From Patescibacteria group bacterium (lineage in GTDB: Bacteria; Patescibacteriota; Microgenomatia; Levybacterales; UBA12049), in the NCBI GenBank assembly GCA_038064195.1, contig JBBTTO010000002.1, positions 205,356 through 269,355 on the forward strand: a stretch of 64,000 bases of DNA, read 5' to 3'. Positions 29,622-39,214 of this stretch are shown here, one piece after another. The notes under the pieces are model-generated. The model saw nothing but the letters and a program-made list of their open reading frames with translations, was not told the origin of the DNA and ran no database searches. The first letter of the stretch is position 1, and each line of letters begins with the position of its first letter. The translations under genes were made by a program, and so were the position numbers.

Positions 29622-29840
29622 ATGAAATTAAAATTAAAACAGGAAATTACCAACAGCACTCCGGAAGAGTTGAAAAAAAGATTGCTTGACAGCAGGAAGG
29701 CTTTTCAGCAGGCAATGCTTGATCATAAACAATTCAAGTTGAAAAACACCAGCTCACTGACAACTAAGCGTCACGAAATCGCAGTTATTTTAACTGTTAT
29801 TAAAGAAAAGGAGGCACAAAACCATGGCCAAAACGCTTAA
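29622..29840 (+). CDS. rpmC: 50S ribosomal protein L29
   Basis: Position; LKNTSSL...RHEIAVILT. Confidence 0.9.
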   Translation: MKLKLKQEITNSTPEELKKRLLDSRKAFQQAMLDHKQFKLKNTSSLTTKRHEIAVILTVIKEKEAQNHGQNA

Positions 29841-30081
29841 CGGTAACGTAACATCAGTTAGTATGACAGGGACTGCAACTGTTGAGGTTTCACGACGCAT
29901 TCCTCATAAACTGTATCGAAAACTGCTTGCCCGAAGCAAGAAGTATAAAGTAGCAGTAAATGGCATTGAAGTAATGCAGGGTGATTATGTTGAGATTGAG
30001 GAGACTAAGCCCGTTTCAAAAGATAAATATTTTAAACTTACAAAAGTCTTAACGAGTGCAAAGGAGAAAAAACACGCATGA
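29824..30081 (+). CDS. rpsQ: 30S ribosomal protein S17
   Basis: [15 protein letters not shown]. Confidence 0.95.
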   Translation: MAKTLNGNVTSVSMTGTATVEVSRRIPHKLYRKLLARSKKYKVAVNGIEVMQGDYVEIEETKPVSKDKYFKLTKVLTSAKEKKHA

Positions 30082-30452
30082 TACAACATCGCTCAATGCT
30101 TACCGTAGCTGACAACTCGGGAGCACGATTATTACAGGTAATTCATATCTTTGGTGGATCAAAACGCCGTAAAGGTTCAATTGGCGATGTGGTTAATGCT
30201 GTTGTCAAACAGGCGACCCCCCATGGCAATATCAAGGAGGGTGAGATTGTCAAGGTAGTTGTGGTACGCACCCGTAAAGAATATGGACGAAGCGATGGTT
30301 CCTTTATTCGTTTCTCAGATAATGCAGGGGTTCTGATCGACAATCCGAAAGACAAGAATCCGCGCGGAACACGTATCTTTGGACCTGTCGCGCGTGAAGT
30401 ACGTGATCTTGGGTTTAGTAAAATAGCCAGTATGGCAATTGAGGTGATTTAG
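30078..30452 (+). CDS. rplN: 50S ribosomal protein L14
   Basis: [18 protein letters not shown]. Confidence 0.98.
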   Translation: MIQHRSMLTVADNSGARLLQVIHIFGGSKRRKGSIGDVVNAVVKQATPHGNIKEGEIVKVVVVRTRKEYGRSDGSFIRFSDNAGVLIDNPKDKNPRGTRIFGPVAREVRDLGFSKIASMAIEVI

Positions 30453-30460
30453 GAGGATAT

Positions 30461-30766
30461 ATGAAAATTCTTAAAGGCGATTTAGTCGCAATTGTTACAG
30501 GTAAAGATGAAGGCAAAACCGGTAAGGTCGAAAAAGTTTTGACAAAAGAAAATAAGGTTGTGGTTGAAGGCGTTAATCTATTTAAGCGCCATATCAAGGC
30601 CAGGACGCAGGGTCAGAAATCAGAAATCGTGACTATCACTAAGCCCTTGCCGCAGGCAAATGTGGCTCTTATCTGTCCGAAATGCAAAGAGCAAACACGA
30701 GTTGGTTATATAGTAAGCAAAGACAGTAAAGAGCGGATCTGTCGAAAGTGTAAAGCAGTTATCTAG
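30461..30766 (+). CDS. rplX: 50S ribosomal protein L24
   Basis: KOW motif GKDEGKTG, VEGVN; CPKC/CRKC. Confidence 0.97.
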   Translation: MKILKGDLVAIVTGKDEGKTGKVEKVLTKENKVVVEGVNLFKRHIKARTQGQKSEIVTITKPLPQANVALICPKCKEQTRVGYIVSKDSKERICRKCKAVI

Positions 30767-30770
30767 ACAT

Positions 30771-31325
30771 ATGGAAAACTTACAAACACGCTATACCAAA
30801 TCATTACGATCTGAACTCCAACAAAAGTTGGGAGTAAAAAATCCTATGGCAACACCGAAGTTAGTTAAGATCGTTGTTAATATGGGAGTAAAAGATGCTG
30901 TTGCGGACAAGAAAAATATTGAGCGGGCAGCAGCTGCTTTATCGCAGATCACCGGACAGAAGGCCAAAGTAACCCGTGCTAAAAAATCAGTTGCATCATT
31001 TAAGCTACGTGAAGGCGAACCGATCGGTGTCGTTGCTACACTAAGGGGCAAAAGAATGTATGATTTTTTTGAAAAATTAGTGACTATTGTTTTCCCTCGC
31101 TTGAAGGACTTCCATGGAATCAGTCGAAACAGTTTTGACGGACAGGGGAATTATACTCTCGGATTTTCAGAATATGCGGTTTTCCCGGAGATTGATCCAT
31201 CAACTGTTGAGAAAATACAGGGGCTTGAGGTAGTTGTTGTAACATCCACTCGTAAGAATAATGAGGGACTTGCCCTTCTTGAAGCGTTAGGAACACCTTT
31301 TGAAAAAGAAAGAGAGAGTAAGTAG
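30771..31325 (+). CDS. rplE: 50S ribosomal protein L5
   Basis: KIVVNMGV, FKLREG, FDGQGNY. Confidence 0.98.
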   Translation: MENLQTRYTKSLRSELQQKLGVKNPMATPKLVKIVVNMGVKDAVADKKNIERAAAALSQITGQKAKVTRAKKSVASFKLREGEPIGVVATLRGKRMYDFFEKLVTIVFPRLKDFHGISRNSFDGQGNYTLGFSEYAVFPEIDPSTVEKIQGLEVVVVTSTRKNNEGLALLEALGTPFEKERESK

Positions 31326-31380
31326 GCCCTGCCTGCCGGCGGGTTGTCATTTGAAGCTAAAAAGCTTATAATTACAGACT

Positions 31381-31566
31381 ATGGCAAAAACATCAGATAT
31401 TGTTAAATTTCAACACAAGCAAAAGTTTAGCGTTCGCATGGTCAACCGATGTGCTTTATGTGGTAGATCTCGTGGGTATATGCGTCGCTTTGGTTTATGT
31501 AGGCTTTGTTTTAGAGAAAGAGCACAGAGAGGAGAGCTTCCAGGCGTACTGAAAGCTAGTTGGTAA
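31381..31566 (+). CDS. rpsN: 30S ribosomal protein S14 type Z (zinc-binding)
   Basis: CALCGR...CRLCFR, KASW. Confidence 0.97.
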   Translation: MAKTSDIVKFQHKQKFSVRMVNRCALCGRSRGYMRRFGLCRLCFRERAQRGELPGVLKASW

Positions 31567-31569
31567 CTT

Positions 31570-31959
31570 ATGTATAGTGTTGCTGATTTTGTTATTCGAG
31601 TGAAAAATGCATCTGATGCCAGACGGAGAGAGGTTGTTATGCCGTACTCAAAAATCACTAAAGCAATAGGAAAACTTTTAGTGAAAGAAGGTTTTTTGGC
31701 TGATATTCGTGAAACTGAGTTTGACGGGAAAAAGACAATTACGGCAGGGATACGCTACGTTAGACGAAAACCGGTAGTCGAAGCAGTTGAGATTGTTTCA
31801 AAACCGTCACTTAGATTTCACATTAATCATAAAGAGTTGCAAACAGAGCAGCGAAAAAAGACGTTGACACTTGTTGTCTCTACCAGCCAGGGACTGATGA
31901 CGGGTAAAGATGCCCTTAAAAAAGGCTTAGGAGGAGAACTTCTTTTTAAGATAGGATAA
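31570..31959 (+). CDS. rpsH: 30S ribosomal protein S8
   Basis: SKPSLR, STSQG, GGELL. Confidence 0.97.
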   Translation: MYSVADFVIRVKNASDARRREVVMPYSKITKAIGKLLVKEGFLADIRETEFDGKKTITAGIRYVRRKPVVEAVEIVSKPSLRFHINHKELQTEQRKKTLTLVVSTSQGLMTGKDALKKGLGGELLFKIG

Positions 31960-31964
31960 ATACT

Positions 31965-32513
31965 ATGTCAAAAATAGGACGGTCACCAATAGAAATTAAA
32001 GAGGGAGTAACTGTCTCGCTTAGCGGGAATGCAGTTACTGTTTCAGGCGTTAAAGGGCAACTCTCGTATGCTTTGCCTCGGGGTATTACTGTCAGTCAAG
32101 AGGATACTACCTTAGTAGTCGCTCGTGAAGCAGACAATCCCGAGTTGAGTGCAAAATGGGGACTTGCTCGTGCGCAGATTGCAAATCTTATTAAAGGAGT
32201 GGATCGCGGATTTGAGAAAAAGCTTGAGCTTCAAGGAGTAGGTTATCGCGCCCAAATGCAGGGGAATGACTTGGTTCTCAGTCTTGGATTTTCTCATCCC
32301 GTTAAATTTACCCCTCGTGAAGGCGTCAAATTGGCAGTTCAGGAGAATATTATTACTATTTCTGGAGTCAGTAAAATGCTTGTCGGTGAGGCAGCGGCAA
32401 AGATTCGTGAAGTAAGGCCGCCTGAGCCCTATAAAGGGAAAGGCATTCGTTATGTCGGTGAACAGGTAAGACGTAAGGCAGGCAAAGCTGCCAAAGCAGT
32501 AGGAGGCAAATAA
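31965..32513 (+). CDS. rplF: 50S ribosomal protein L6
   Basis: GVGYRA, PEPYKGKGIRY. Confidence 0.98.
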   Translation: MSKIGRSPIEIKEGVTVSLSGNAVTVSGVKGQLSYALPRGITVSQEDTTLVVAREADNPELSAKWGLARAQIANLIKGVDRGFEKKLELQGVGYRAQMQGNDLVLSLGFSHPVKFTPREGVKLAVQENIITISGVSKMLVGEAAAKIREVRPPEPYKGKGIRYVGEQVRRKAGKAAKAVGGK

Positions 32514-32515
32514 CT

Positions 32516-32857
32516 ATGAAAGGTAAAATAAATCGTATTCAGCAGAGACAGGAAAGAACCAGGGCAAAAGTCAGGTTGATCTCTCCACGACCAAGACTAT
32601 CTGTTTTTCGTTCAAATAGTTTCATTTATGCCCAAATCATAGATGATAAGTCACAAAAAACTCTCCTTGGGGTTAGTGAGAAAAAAGAACAGAAAGGTAA
32701 TAAAACAGAGCGTGCTCATGTGTTGGGGCAGGAATTGGCCAAAATGGCGCTGACTAAGAAAATTAAAGAGGTAGTTTTTGATAAAGGACGTTATGCGTAT
32801 CATGGTCGGGTTAAGGCTTTAGCTGAAGGGGCAAGAGAAGGAGGGTTAGTTTTTTAA
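32516..32857 (+). CDS. rplR: 50S ribosomal protein L18
   Basis: RPRLSVFRSN, YHGRVKALA. Confidence 0.97.
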   Translation: MKGKINRIQQRQERTRAKVRLISPRPRLSVFRSNSFIYAQIIDDKSQKTLLGVSEKKEQKGNKTERAHVLGQELAKMALTKKIKEVVFDKGRYAYHGRVKALAEGAREGGLVF

Positions 32858-32858
32858 T

Positions 32859-33347
32859 ATGGCAAGTATGGATTATCAAAATAAGGGAGAATATATTGAG
32901 CACGTTGTGAAGATCAGCCGTGTTTCTAAGAAGACCAAAGGTGGCAATAAAGTTGGCTTTTCTGCGTTAACTGTAGTTGGAGATGGAAAGGGCAAAGTAG
33001 GTGTTGGTCTTGGTAAAGCTCCCGATGTCTCAGGTGCAGTGCGAAAAGGGATCTTGCTTGCGAAAAAGCATATGATCTCAGTCCCGCTTGTTAAAGGGAC
33101 AATTCGTTCACGGGTTGATGTCAAAGTCGGAGCTGCGCGTGTTATGCTTAAGCCGGCACCTCCCGGAAGTGGAATTATCGCAGGCGGCGCAGTACGAAGC
33201 GTGGTAGCTGCAGCCGGCATTACCAATATCTCCAGTAAAGTGCTTGGCAGTAACAATAAAAACGGCAATGTTACAGCCACCCTTGAGGCTCTCCGTATTC
33301 TGTCTGAGATGCAGGAGAAAAAAGAGGCAGGGTTAAAAAATAAATAA
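32859..33347 (+). CDS. rpsE: 30S ribosomal protein S5
   Basis: KTKGG, VVGDG.G, GSGIIAGG. Confidence 0.97.
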   Translation: MASMDYQNKGEYIEHVVKISRVSKKTKGGNKVGFSALTVVGDGKGKVGVGLGKAPDVSGAVRKGILLAKKHMISVPLVKGTIRSRVDVKVGAARVMLKPAPPGSGIIAGGAVRSVVAAAGITNISSKVLGSNNKNGNVTATLEALRILSEMQEKKEAGLKNK

Positions 33348-33350
33348 TAT

Positions 33351-33818
33351 ATGGAACTTAATCAACTACCATCAATTAGTCATAAAAGTAAAAGACGTCT
33401 TGGTCAAGGCCACGGGTCAGGTCGCGTCAAAACGGCCGGCCGGGGAACAAAAGGCCAAAAAGCCCGTTATGATATTCCGCTTGATTTTGAAGGTGGAGCG
33501 CTGCCGCTTATCAAGAGACTTCCTTTTCTCCGCGGAAAAGATCGTAATAAATCAATCTATGCAAAGCCTATCGTCCTTGATGTAGCCAGCCTGAACAGGC
33601 TTCCTCAGAATACCAAGGTTACCATAGAGTCTTTAGCAAAGCATCAGATCGTCGATAAATTGGCGGCGGAAACGCGTGGTGTTAAGATTTTGGGAAATGG
33701 TGACGTGAATGTTGCGTTGGTTATACAGTTACCTATTTCAAAAAGCGCTGAAGAAAAAGTCATTAAAGCAGGTGGGCGTATTGAACCTGTCACAACGAGT
33801 GTTAGTGTAACTGCATGA
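33351..33818 (+). CDS. rplO: 50S ribosomal protein L15
   Basis: [20 protein letters not shown]. Confidence 0.97.
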   Translation: MELNQLPSISHKSKRRLGQGHGSGRVKTAGRGTKGQKARYDIPLDFEGGALPLIKRLPFLRGKDRNKSIYAKPIVLDVASLNRLPQNTKVTIESLAKHQIVDKLAAETRGVKILGNGDVNVALVIQLPISKSAEEKVIKAGGRIEPVTTSVSVTA

Positions 33819-35107
33819 ACAAATTATTTTCCACCCTGTCTACAGCTTTCAGAACACCTGAAGTTCGTCGAAAGCTGATTTATACCGCCATTATTTTTCT
33901 CGTATTCAGAATCTTTGCTCATATTCCGGTCGCGGGCGTTGATGTGGCACATCTGAAAAATTTGTTCGCTCAAAATCAATTTTTGGGGCTTTTGGATGTT
34001 TTTTCAGGCGGAACCTTACGTAACTTTTCTATTCTTGCCTTAGGTCTTAATCCTTATATCAATGCCTCAATTATTCTCCAGGTTTTGACCATGGTTCTCC
34101 CCAAACTTGAGGAAATGCAGAAAGAAGGCGAGCAAGGGAGGCAAAAGATCAATCAATACACACGTTTTCTGACCGTTCCCTTGGCTGTCCTTCAAGCCAT
34201 AGGAATGTACGCACTCCTTCGAAGTCAGGGAATTATTTCGACTCTCTCCCCACTTGAGCTCATAACTTTTCTTTTAACAATGACTGCGGGTACGATGTTT
34301 GCCGTGTGGCTTGGGGAGCTGATTACGGAGCGCGGAGTTGGTAATGGTGTATCAGTTCTTATTTTTGCAGGCATTATCGGAGGTATCCCCGGAGTGCTTG
34401 GTCAGACTGCAGCTACAACAACTGCTGAGAGTGCTATCGGAATTCTGATCTTTTTAGTTCTGGGATTAGCAGTTGTGTCCTCGATTATTTTTGTCAATGA
34501 GGCAACCCGTCAAATTCCTGTACATTATGCAAAAAGGATGCGAGGTAATAAAATGTATGGTGGACAATCCACCCATCTGCCTCTTCGTCTAAATCAATCA
34601 GGCGTTATTCCTATTATTTTCGCAGTCTCGCTTGTTCTTTTACCCTCACTTCTTGCTAATTTTATGCTGGCTTCTCGTAATCCAAAGCTCATAGGTATAG
34701 GTCAGTTTTTAACGTATTGGTTTAATCCTGACGGCTGGGCGTATAATATCGGCTATTTCCTCCTAGTAGTTGGTTTTACTTTTTTCTACACAGCGGTTGT
34801 CTTTAATCCCAAGAAGATTTCAGAGGAGATGCAAAAGCACGGAGGTTTTATCCCCGGTATTCGTCCAGGTATCCAAACAGCCGGTTATCTTAACTATATT
34901 CTAACCCGGTTGACGCTTGTCGGAGCGATTTTCTTAGGAGTTATCGCAATTTTACCGTCACTAGCTAAGGGGGTAACTGGTATTCAAAATCTTGTTCTCG
35001 GCGGTACGGGAATTCTGATCGTCGTGAGTGTTGTTTTGGAAACATATAAAGCAATTGAAGCACAGCTGGTGATGCGGAGTTACGACGGATTTTTACAGAG
35101 GAATTGA
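33815..35107 (+). CDS. secY: Preprotein translocase subunit SecY
   Basis: [26 protein letters not shown]; 10 TM. Confidence 0.98.
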   Translation: MNKLFSTLSTAFRTPEVRRKLIYTAIIFLVFRIFAHIPVAGVDVAHLKNLFAQNQFLGLLDVFSGGTLRNFSILALGLNPYINASIILQVLTMVLPKLEEMQKEGEQGRQKINQYTRFLTVPLAVLQAIGMYALLRSQGIISTLSPLELITFLLTMTAGTMFAVWLGELITERGVGNGVSVLIFAGIIGGIPGVLGQTAATTTAESAIGILIFLVLGLAVVSSIIFVNEATRQIPVHYAKRMRGNKMYGGQSTHLPLRLNQSGVIPIIFAVSLVLLPSLLANFMLASRNPKLIGIGQFLTYWFNPDGWAYNIGYFLLVVGFTFFYTAVVFNPKKISEEMQKHGGFIPGIRPGIQTAGYLNYILTRLTLVGAIFLGVIAILPSLAKGVTGIQNLVLGGTGILIVVSVVLETYKAIEAQLVMRSYDGFLQRN

Positions 35108-35108
35108 T

Positions 35109-35666
35109 ATGAAGCTTATTCTTATTGGTATTCAGGGAGCAGGTAAATCAACGCAGGGGAAGCTTCTTTCAGAAAAGCTCCATATTCCCTATCTCTCAAC
35201 GGGGCATATTTTCCGTGAGCTTGCAAAAGAACATACACCTTTAGGTCGCTATGTTAAAGAAACCATTAATGCCGGATTCTTGCTACCTGATGATAAAACA
35301 CTGGAGATCGTCAGTGAATATCTGCACAAACCTGAATATAAAGCCGGCTATATTTTGGATGGATTCCCTCGTACGACCCATCAGGCAGAAAAATTTGAGA
35401 ATGGGGTAGATCATGTGTTTTATCTTAAAGTCTCAGATAAAGAGGCGCTCTGGAGGCTTTCATATCGAGAGGGTGAAGAAGCAGATGGACGCGAAGACGA
35501 TACGCTTAAGGCACTTCGTAGGAGAATAGAGCTTTTTCATGAACATACAGAGCCGGTACTTGCACACTATCGTCACCATAGAAAGCTCATAGAGATTGAC
35601 GGTGAACAAAAGATTCCTCATATCCACGATGAAATCATGCAAAAGATTCATCAAGCGCAAAAGTAG
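35109..35666 (+). CDS. adk: Adenylate kinase (short LID)
   Basis: GIQGAGKSTQ, STGHIFR, LDGFPRT. Confidence 0.93.
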   Translation: MKLILIGIQGAGKSTQGKLLSEKLHIPYLSTGHIFRELAKEHTPLGRYVKETINAGFLLPDDKTLEIVSEYLHKPEYKAGYILDGFPRTTHQAEKFENGVDHVFYLKVSDKEALWRLSYREGEEADGREDDTLKALRRRIELFHEHTEPVLAHYRHHRKLIEIDGEQKIPHIHDEIMQKIHQAQK

Positions 35667-35669
35667 CTC

Positions 35670-36383
35670 ATGAAGACGCAGCAAAAAGGATTTGTCATAG
35701 CAATTGACGGCCCCGCAGCAGCCGGTAAGGGAACAATAGTTCAACTTCTGACAGAGCATTTTAAGGGAGTTAATATTTACACTGGGGGTATGTATCGCGC
35801 TCTTGCTTTAAAATGCATACGAAGCGATATTGACCTCAATGATTCTGAGCAAATTATACACATTCTTAACGAGACAAAAATAGATCTTGGGGCTGATGGG
35901 TCAATGGGCGCAGTTGCTCAGATTTTTCTCGATGGAGGAAATGTAACGAATGAAATTAGGACACCAAAGGCAGCTTTGGGAGCGGGGAAAGTTGGGCAAA
36001 TTAAGCAGGTTCGACAGGTTATGCTGTTTAAGCAGCGGGAAATAGCACAAAGATTTGTCGATCAGGGAAGAGTGGTCATTATTGATGGGCAAGACATAGC
36101 ACGGTCTGTCTATCCTCAGGCAAAAGTAAAAATTTTTTTAACTGCAACTCAAGAAGAAAGGGCAAAAAGACGAAAAAAACAATATGATAAGCAAGGAATA
36201 AATAAAACTATGAGCGATATGTTAGAGGAGATTAAAATACGAGATACAAATGACTTTACGAGAGAACTACATCCATTATCAAATGTCCCTGAAAAAGACG
36301 GTTACTCCGTGGTTGATAGTACAAATTTAAATGAACTTGAGACGAAAGATGCCATTGTCGAGATAGTAAGCAAAAATAAATAG
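35670..36383 (+). CDS. cmk: Cytidylate kinase
   Basis: IAIDGPAAAGKGT, TGGMYRA, KIFLTA..EERA.RR. Confidence 0.9.
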   Translation: MKTQQKGFVIAIDGPAAAGKGTIVQLLTEHFKGVNIYTGGMYRALALKCIRSDIDLNDSEQIIHILNETKIDLGADGSMGAVAQIFLDGGNVTNEIRTPKAALGAGKVGQIKQVRQVMLFKQREIAQRFVDQGRVVIIDGQDIARSVYPQAKVKIFLTATQEERAKRRKKQYDKQGINKTMSDMLEEIKIRDTNDFTRELHPLSNVPEKDGYSVVDSTNLNELETKDAIVEIVSKNK

Positions 36384-36384
36384 T

Positions 36385-37146
36385 ATGATACATATTAAAA
36401 ACAAAAAAGAAATAGAGGCTATGAAAAAAGGTGGGCATATGTTGGCGGTTGCGTTGCGTGAGACGCTTACCGCAATTAAGCCTGGAATTACTGAGGGAGA
36501 GCTTGACAAGATCGCGGAAAAAGCAATTCGTCGTCAGGGAGGAGAGCCTGGTTTTATGAAGGTACCCGGCTATCATCATACAATCTGTACCGCAACTAAT
36601 GAGGTAATAGTACATGGCATCCCGGGATCTTACGCACTCAAAAAAGGCGATGTTATCTGTATAGATGCCGGAGTTTTTTATGGAGGACTGCACACAGACA
36701 TGGCAGATACGGTAATAGTCGGTGGAAATGATGCCACAACTCAGCCTGTCATAGATTTTTTGGCAGCGGGTGAAAAAGCGCTTTGGGCGGGGATAGCTCA
36801 GGCAAAAGCGGGTAACAGGGTCGGCGATATCTCCAAGGTCATCCAGGAGATTGTTGAAGGTAAAGGCTATAGTGTCGTTCGGACGCTGGTCGGACACGGT
36901 GTCGGGAAAGAATTGCACGAAGAACCTGAGATACCGGGTTATTTGGCAACAGATATTTCTCGCACTCCCTTACTCAAGGAAGGAATGACCATCGCAATTG
37001 AGGTAATTTATGCGATGGGAGGCTCGGATGTGGTCTATGCAAATGAGGATGGATGGACAATAAAGACTGCTGATGATAGTCTTTCGGCAGTTTTTGAACG
37101 TAGCATTGTTGTGACAAAGAATGGGCCAGTCGTTTTGACAGAATAG
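36385..37146 (+). CDS. map: Methionine aminopeptidase type I
   Basis: VHGIP, IDAG, GHGVG..LHEEP. Confidence 0.95.
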   Translation: MIHIKNKKEIEAMKKGGHMLAVALRETLTAIKPGITEGELDKIAEKAIRRQGGEPGFMKVPGYHHTICTATNEVIVHGIPGSYALKKGDVICIDAGVFYGGLHTDMADTVIVGGNDATTQPVIDFLAAGEKALWAGIAQAKAGNRVGDISKVIQEIVEGKGYSVVRTLVGHGVGKELHEEPEIPGYLATDISRTPLLKEGMTIAIEVIYAMGGSDVVYANEDGWTIKTADDSLSAVFERSIVVTKNGPVVLTE

Positions 37147-37148
37147 GG

Positions 37149-37177
37149 TTGCTCTTTCGAGGCTAGTTTGATATAAT
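37149..37177 (+). promoter_or_regulatory. Internal promoter for infA/alpha operon
   Basis: TTGCTC-17 nt-TATAAT. Confidence 0.55.
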
Positions 37178-37322
37178 AATACGAATAGACGCGAATACTC
37201 ATTTGTTTGTCCATATTTGAGTGTATTCGTGTGAATGAATAGCACTATAAAGTAAATCTCAAACACGCGAATTAACGCGAAAAAGAGAAGCATTAAAGCT
37301 GATTCGCGTCGATTCGTGTTTT
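37178..37322. repeat. Two hairpins built from cgaat/attcg units (~10-11 nt period) in the infA leader
   Basis: acgaatagacgcgaatactc...gagtgtattcgtgt; aaacacgcgaattaacgcgaa...attcgcgtcgattcgtgttt. Confidence 0.7.
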
Positions 37323-37323
37323 T

Positions 37324-37542
37324 ATGGTTCATCAAGGATCAGTAGAAAAAGAAGGAATTGTTAGAGAAGCCCTGCCAAATACATTATTTAGGGTGGAAAT
37401 TGAGGATGGCTCAATCGTACTTTGTCATTTATCCGGTAAGATGCGTATTCACTTTATAAAAATTTTACCCGGAGATAAGGTTCGGATTGAGATGACTCCT
37501 TATGATATAGGCAAAGGGCGTATTACCTATCGAGTTAGGTAG
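37324..37542 (+). CDS. infA: Translation initiation factor IF-1
   Basis: EALPN, SGKMR, TPYD..KGRI. Confidence 0.98.
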   Translation: MVHQGSVEKEGIVREALPNTLFRVEIEDGSIVLCHLSGKMRIHFIKILPGDKVRIEMTPYDIGKGRITYRVR

Positions 37543-37555
37543 GTATTGAAGCTAT

Positions 37556-37669
37556 ATGAAAGTACAAGCCAGTGTTAAAAAAAGATGTATCAAATGCAAA
37601 ATTATTCGTCGAAAGGGCGTTGTTTTTGTAATTTGTCAAACACCAAAGCATAAACAGCGACAAGGATAG
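37556..37669 (+). CDS. rpmJ: 50S ribosomal protein L36 (zinc-binding)
   Basis: Too short for ORF track; [37 protein letters not shown]. Confidence 0.97.
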   Translation: MKVQASVKKRCIKCKIIRRKGVVFVICQTPKHKQRQG

Positions 37670-37746
37670 GTTAGGCATTAGTTAATTAGCGTTTAGGGTT
37701 TAGTTAAAAATAAAGCAAACTAATTACTAGACGTTAGCAAACTAAA
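37670..37746. repeat. Imperfect hairpin with 7-nt periodic arms before rpsM
   Basis: gttaggc attagtt aattagc gtttagg gtttagtt ... aaactaa ttactag acgttag caaactaa. Confidence 0.65.
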
Positions 37747-37760
37747 GGCCAGACAAAATT

Positions 37761-38162
37761 ATGAGAATTGCAGGAGTTACTATACCGGACGAAAAAAGAG
37801 TTGATATTGCCCTTACCTACTTATATGGGATTGGTCGAAGTAATGTTGTGGGAGTTCTTAAAGCAGCTGAGATTGAAGGATCAAAAAGAGTAAAAGATCT
37901 TTCAGAAGATGATCAGAAACGCATTACTAAAGCTTTGGAAACAATTAAAGTAGAAGGAGATTTAAGGACTCAGGTCAACAGTGATGTGAAGCGTTTGAGA
38001 GAATCGGGAGCTTATCGAGGTATTCGACATACAAGAGGATTACCTGTTCGCGGTCAACGCACCAAATCAAATGCCCGAACAAAACGTGGGAAGAGAATGA
38101 CAATTGGGGCTATTAAGAAAGAATTAGCAGCTAAGATAGAAGCAGCAGCAGTTAAAAAATAA
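37761..38162 (+). CDS. rpsM: 30S ribosomal protein S13
   Basis: YGIG, GLPVRGQRTKSNARTKRG. Confidence 0.98.
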   Translation: MRIAGVTIPDEKRVDIALTYLYGIGRSNVVGVLKAAEIEGSKRVKDLSEDDQKRITKALETIKVEGDLRTQVNSDVKRLRESGAYRGIRHTRGLPVRGQRTKSNARTKRGKRMTIGAIKKELAAKIEAAAVKK

Positions 38163-38174
38163 CGGAGTAGTTAT

Positions 38175-38576
38175 ATGGCAGATAAAAAGACACAAAAAAC
38201 AACAGCCAAGAAGAAGTCAACATTGACCGTTACCGATCATGGACGGGTTTATGTGACAGCTACTTTTAATAACTCATTAATTAGTATCACAAATGACAAA
38301 GGAGATCTTATCTCCTGGAGCTCAAGTGGAAATGCAGGCTTTAAAGGGACACGAAAATCAACTCCTTATGCTGCGTCTCTGGCTGTAGAGAATGCAGTTC
38401 GTAAAGCTATCACGCGCGGCCTTAAGTCAGTTGACGTTTTTGTAAAAGGTCCCGGCTCAGGCAGAGATTCGTCACTCAGAGCTATTAAAAGTGCCGGCCT
38501 CTCTATTACCTCAATTGCCGATATTACACCGATCCCTCACAACGGCCCTCGGGCTAAGAAGAAAAGGAGAGTATAG
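38175..38576 (+). CDS. rpsK: 30S ribosomal protein S11
   Basis: TFNNS, RKSTPYAA, TPIPHNG. Confidence 0.98.
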   Translation: MADKKTQKTTAKKKSTLTVTDHGRVYVTATFNNSLISITNDKGDLISWSSSGNAGFKGTRKSTPYAASLAVENAVRKAITRGLKSVDVFVKGPGSGRDSSLRAIKSAGLSITSIADITPIPHNGPRAKKKRRV

Positions 38577-38579
38577 TCT

Positions 38580-39182
38580 ATGGCACGTTATACCGGACCA
38601 AAACACAAATTAGCACGTAGAGAAGGGGTTAATATCCTGGATAAGTCGTCTGCCAGTTTGCAGCGCCGCTTGAATGTCCCCCCGGGTGTGCATGGCAAAA
38701 AACCAAAACGTCGCACCTCAGAATTCGGACAGCAACTTCGTGAAAAACAGAAAGCGAAAGCCATGTATGGAGTCCTCGAGAGACAGTTTAAGCGTTTGGT
38801 GACTGAACTTGAAAAGAAAAAGGGTGATACAGGTGAGCTGATGCTGTCTTTACTTGAGACCAGACTGGATAACATGGTCTATCGACTGGGGTTTGCTAAA
38901 AGTCGTTTCCAAGCACGACAATTTGTTTCTCACGGACATGTCAAAGTTAACGGTAAGAAATTAAATATCCCTTCCTATCAGGTTAAACTTAATGAAGAGA
39001 TCGAAGTAGATGAGAAAATACAAAAGACGCCTGATGTTATGAAACTTCTTCAGGAGAAAACAGAGTTAGTTTCATTTATTGAGAGATCAGGCACTAAGGG
39101 GAGACTTTCCCGTATGCCAAGCAAGGAGGATATAGTCGTTCCGTTCAATACTCAACAGATTATTGAATATTACTCGAGATAA
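38580..39182 (+). CDS. rpsD: 30S ribosomal protein S4
   Basis: QLREKQK, LETRLDN, ARQFVSHGH, IEYYSR. Confidence 0.98.
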   Translation: MARYTGPKHKLARREGVNILDKSSASLQRRLNVPPGVHGKKPKRRTSEFGQQLREKQKAKAMYGVLERQFKRLVTELEKKKGDTGELMLSLLETRLDNMVYRLGFAKSRFQARQFVSHGHVKVNGKKLNIPSYQVKLNEEIEVDEKIQKTPDVMKLLQEKTELVSFIERSGTKGRLSRMPSKEDIVVPFNTQQIIEYYSR

Positions 39183-39214
39183 TGATACAATATATCATTG
39201 TCTTTTGAAATTAT

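Noticed and set aside
37178-37322. Short repeats as a CRISPR array (also 58497-58561)
   Set aside because: Units are about 10 nt, degenerate and inverted, without unique 30-40 nt spacers; no cas genes
36256-37335. Long antisense ORFs (220 aa and 121 aa) over map and the infA leader
   Set aside because: Shadow frames of conserved genes and repeats with no recognisable motif; the same applies to the other antisense ORFs in the ribosomal cluster
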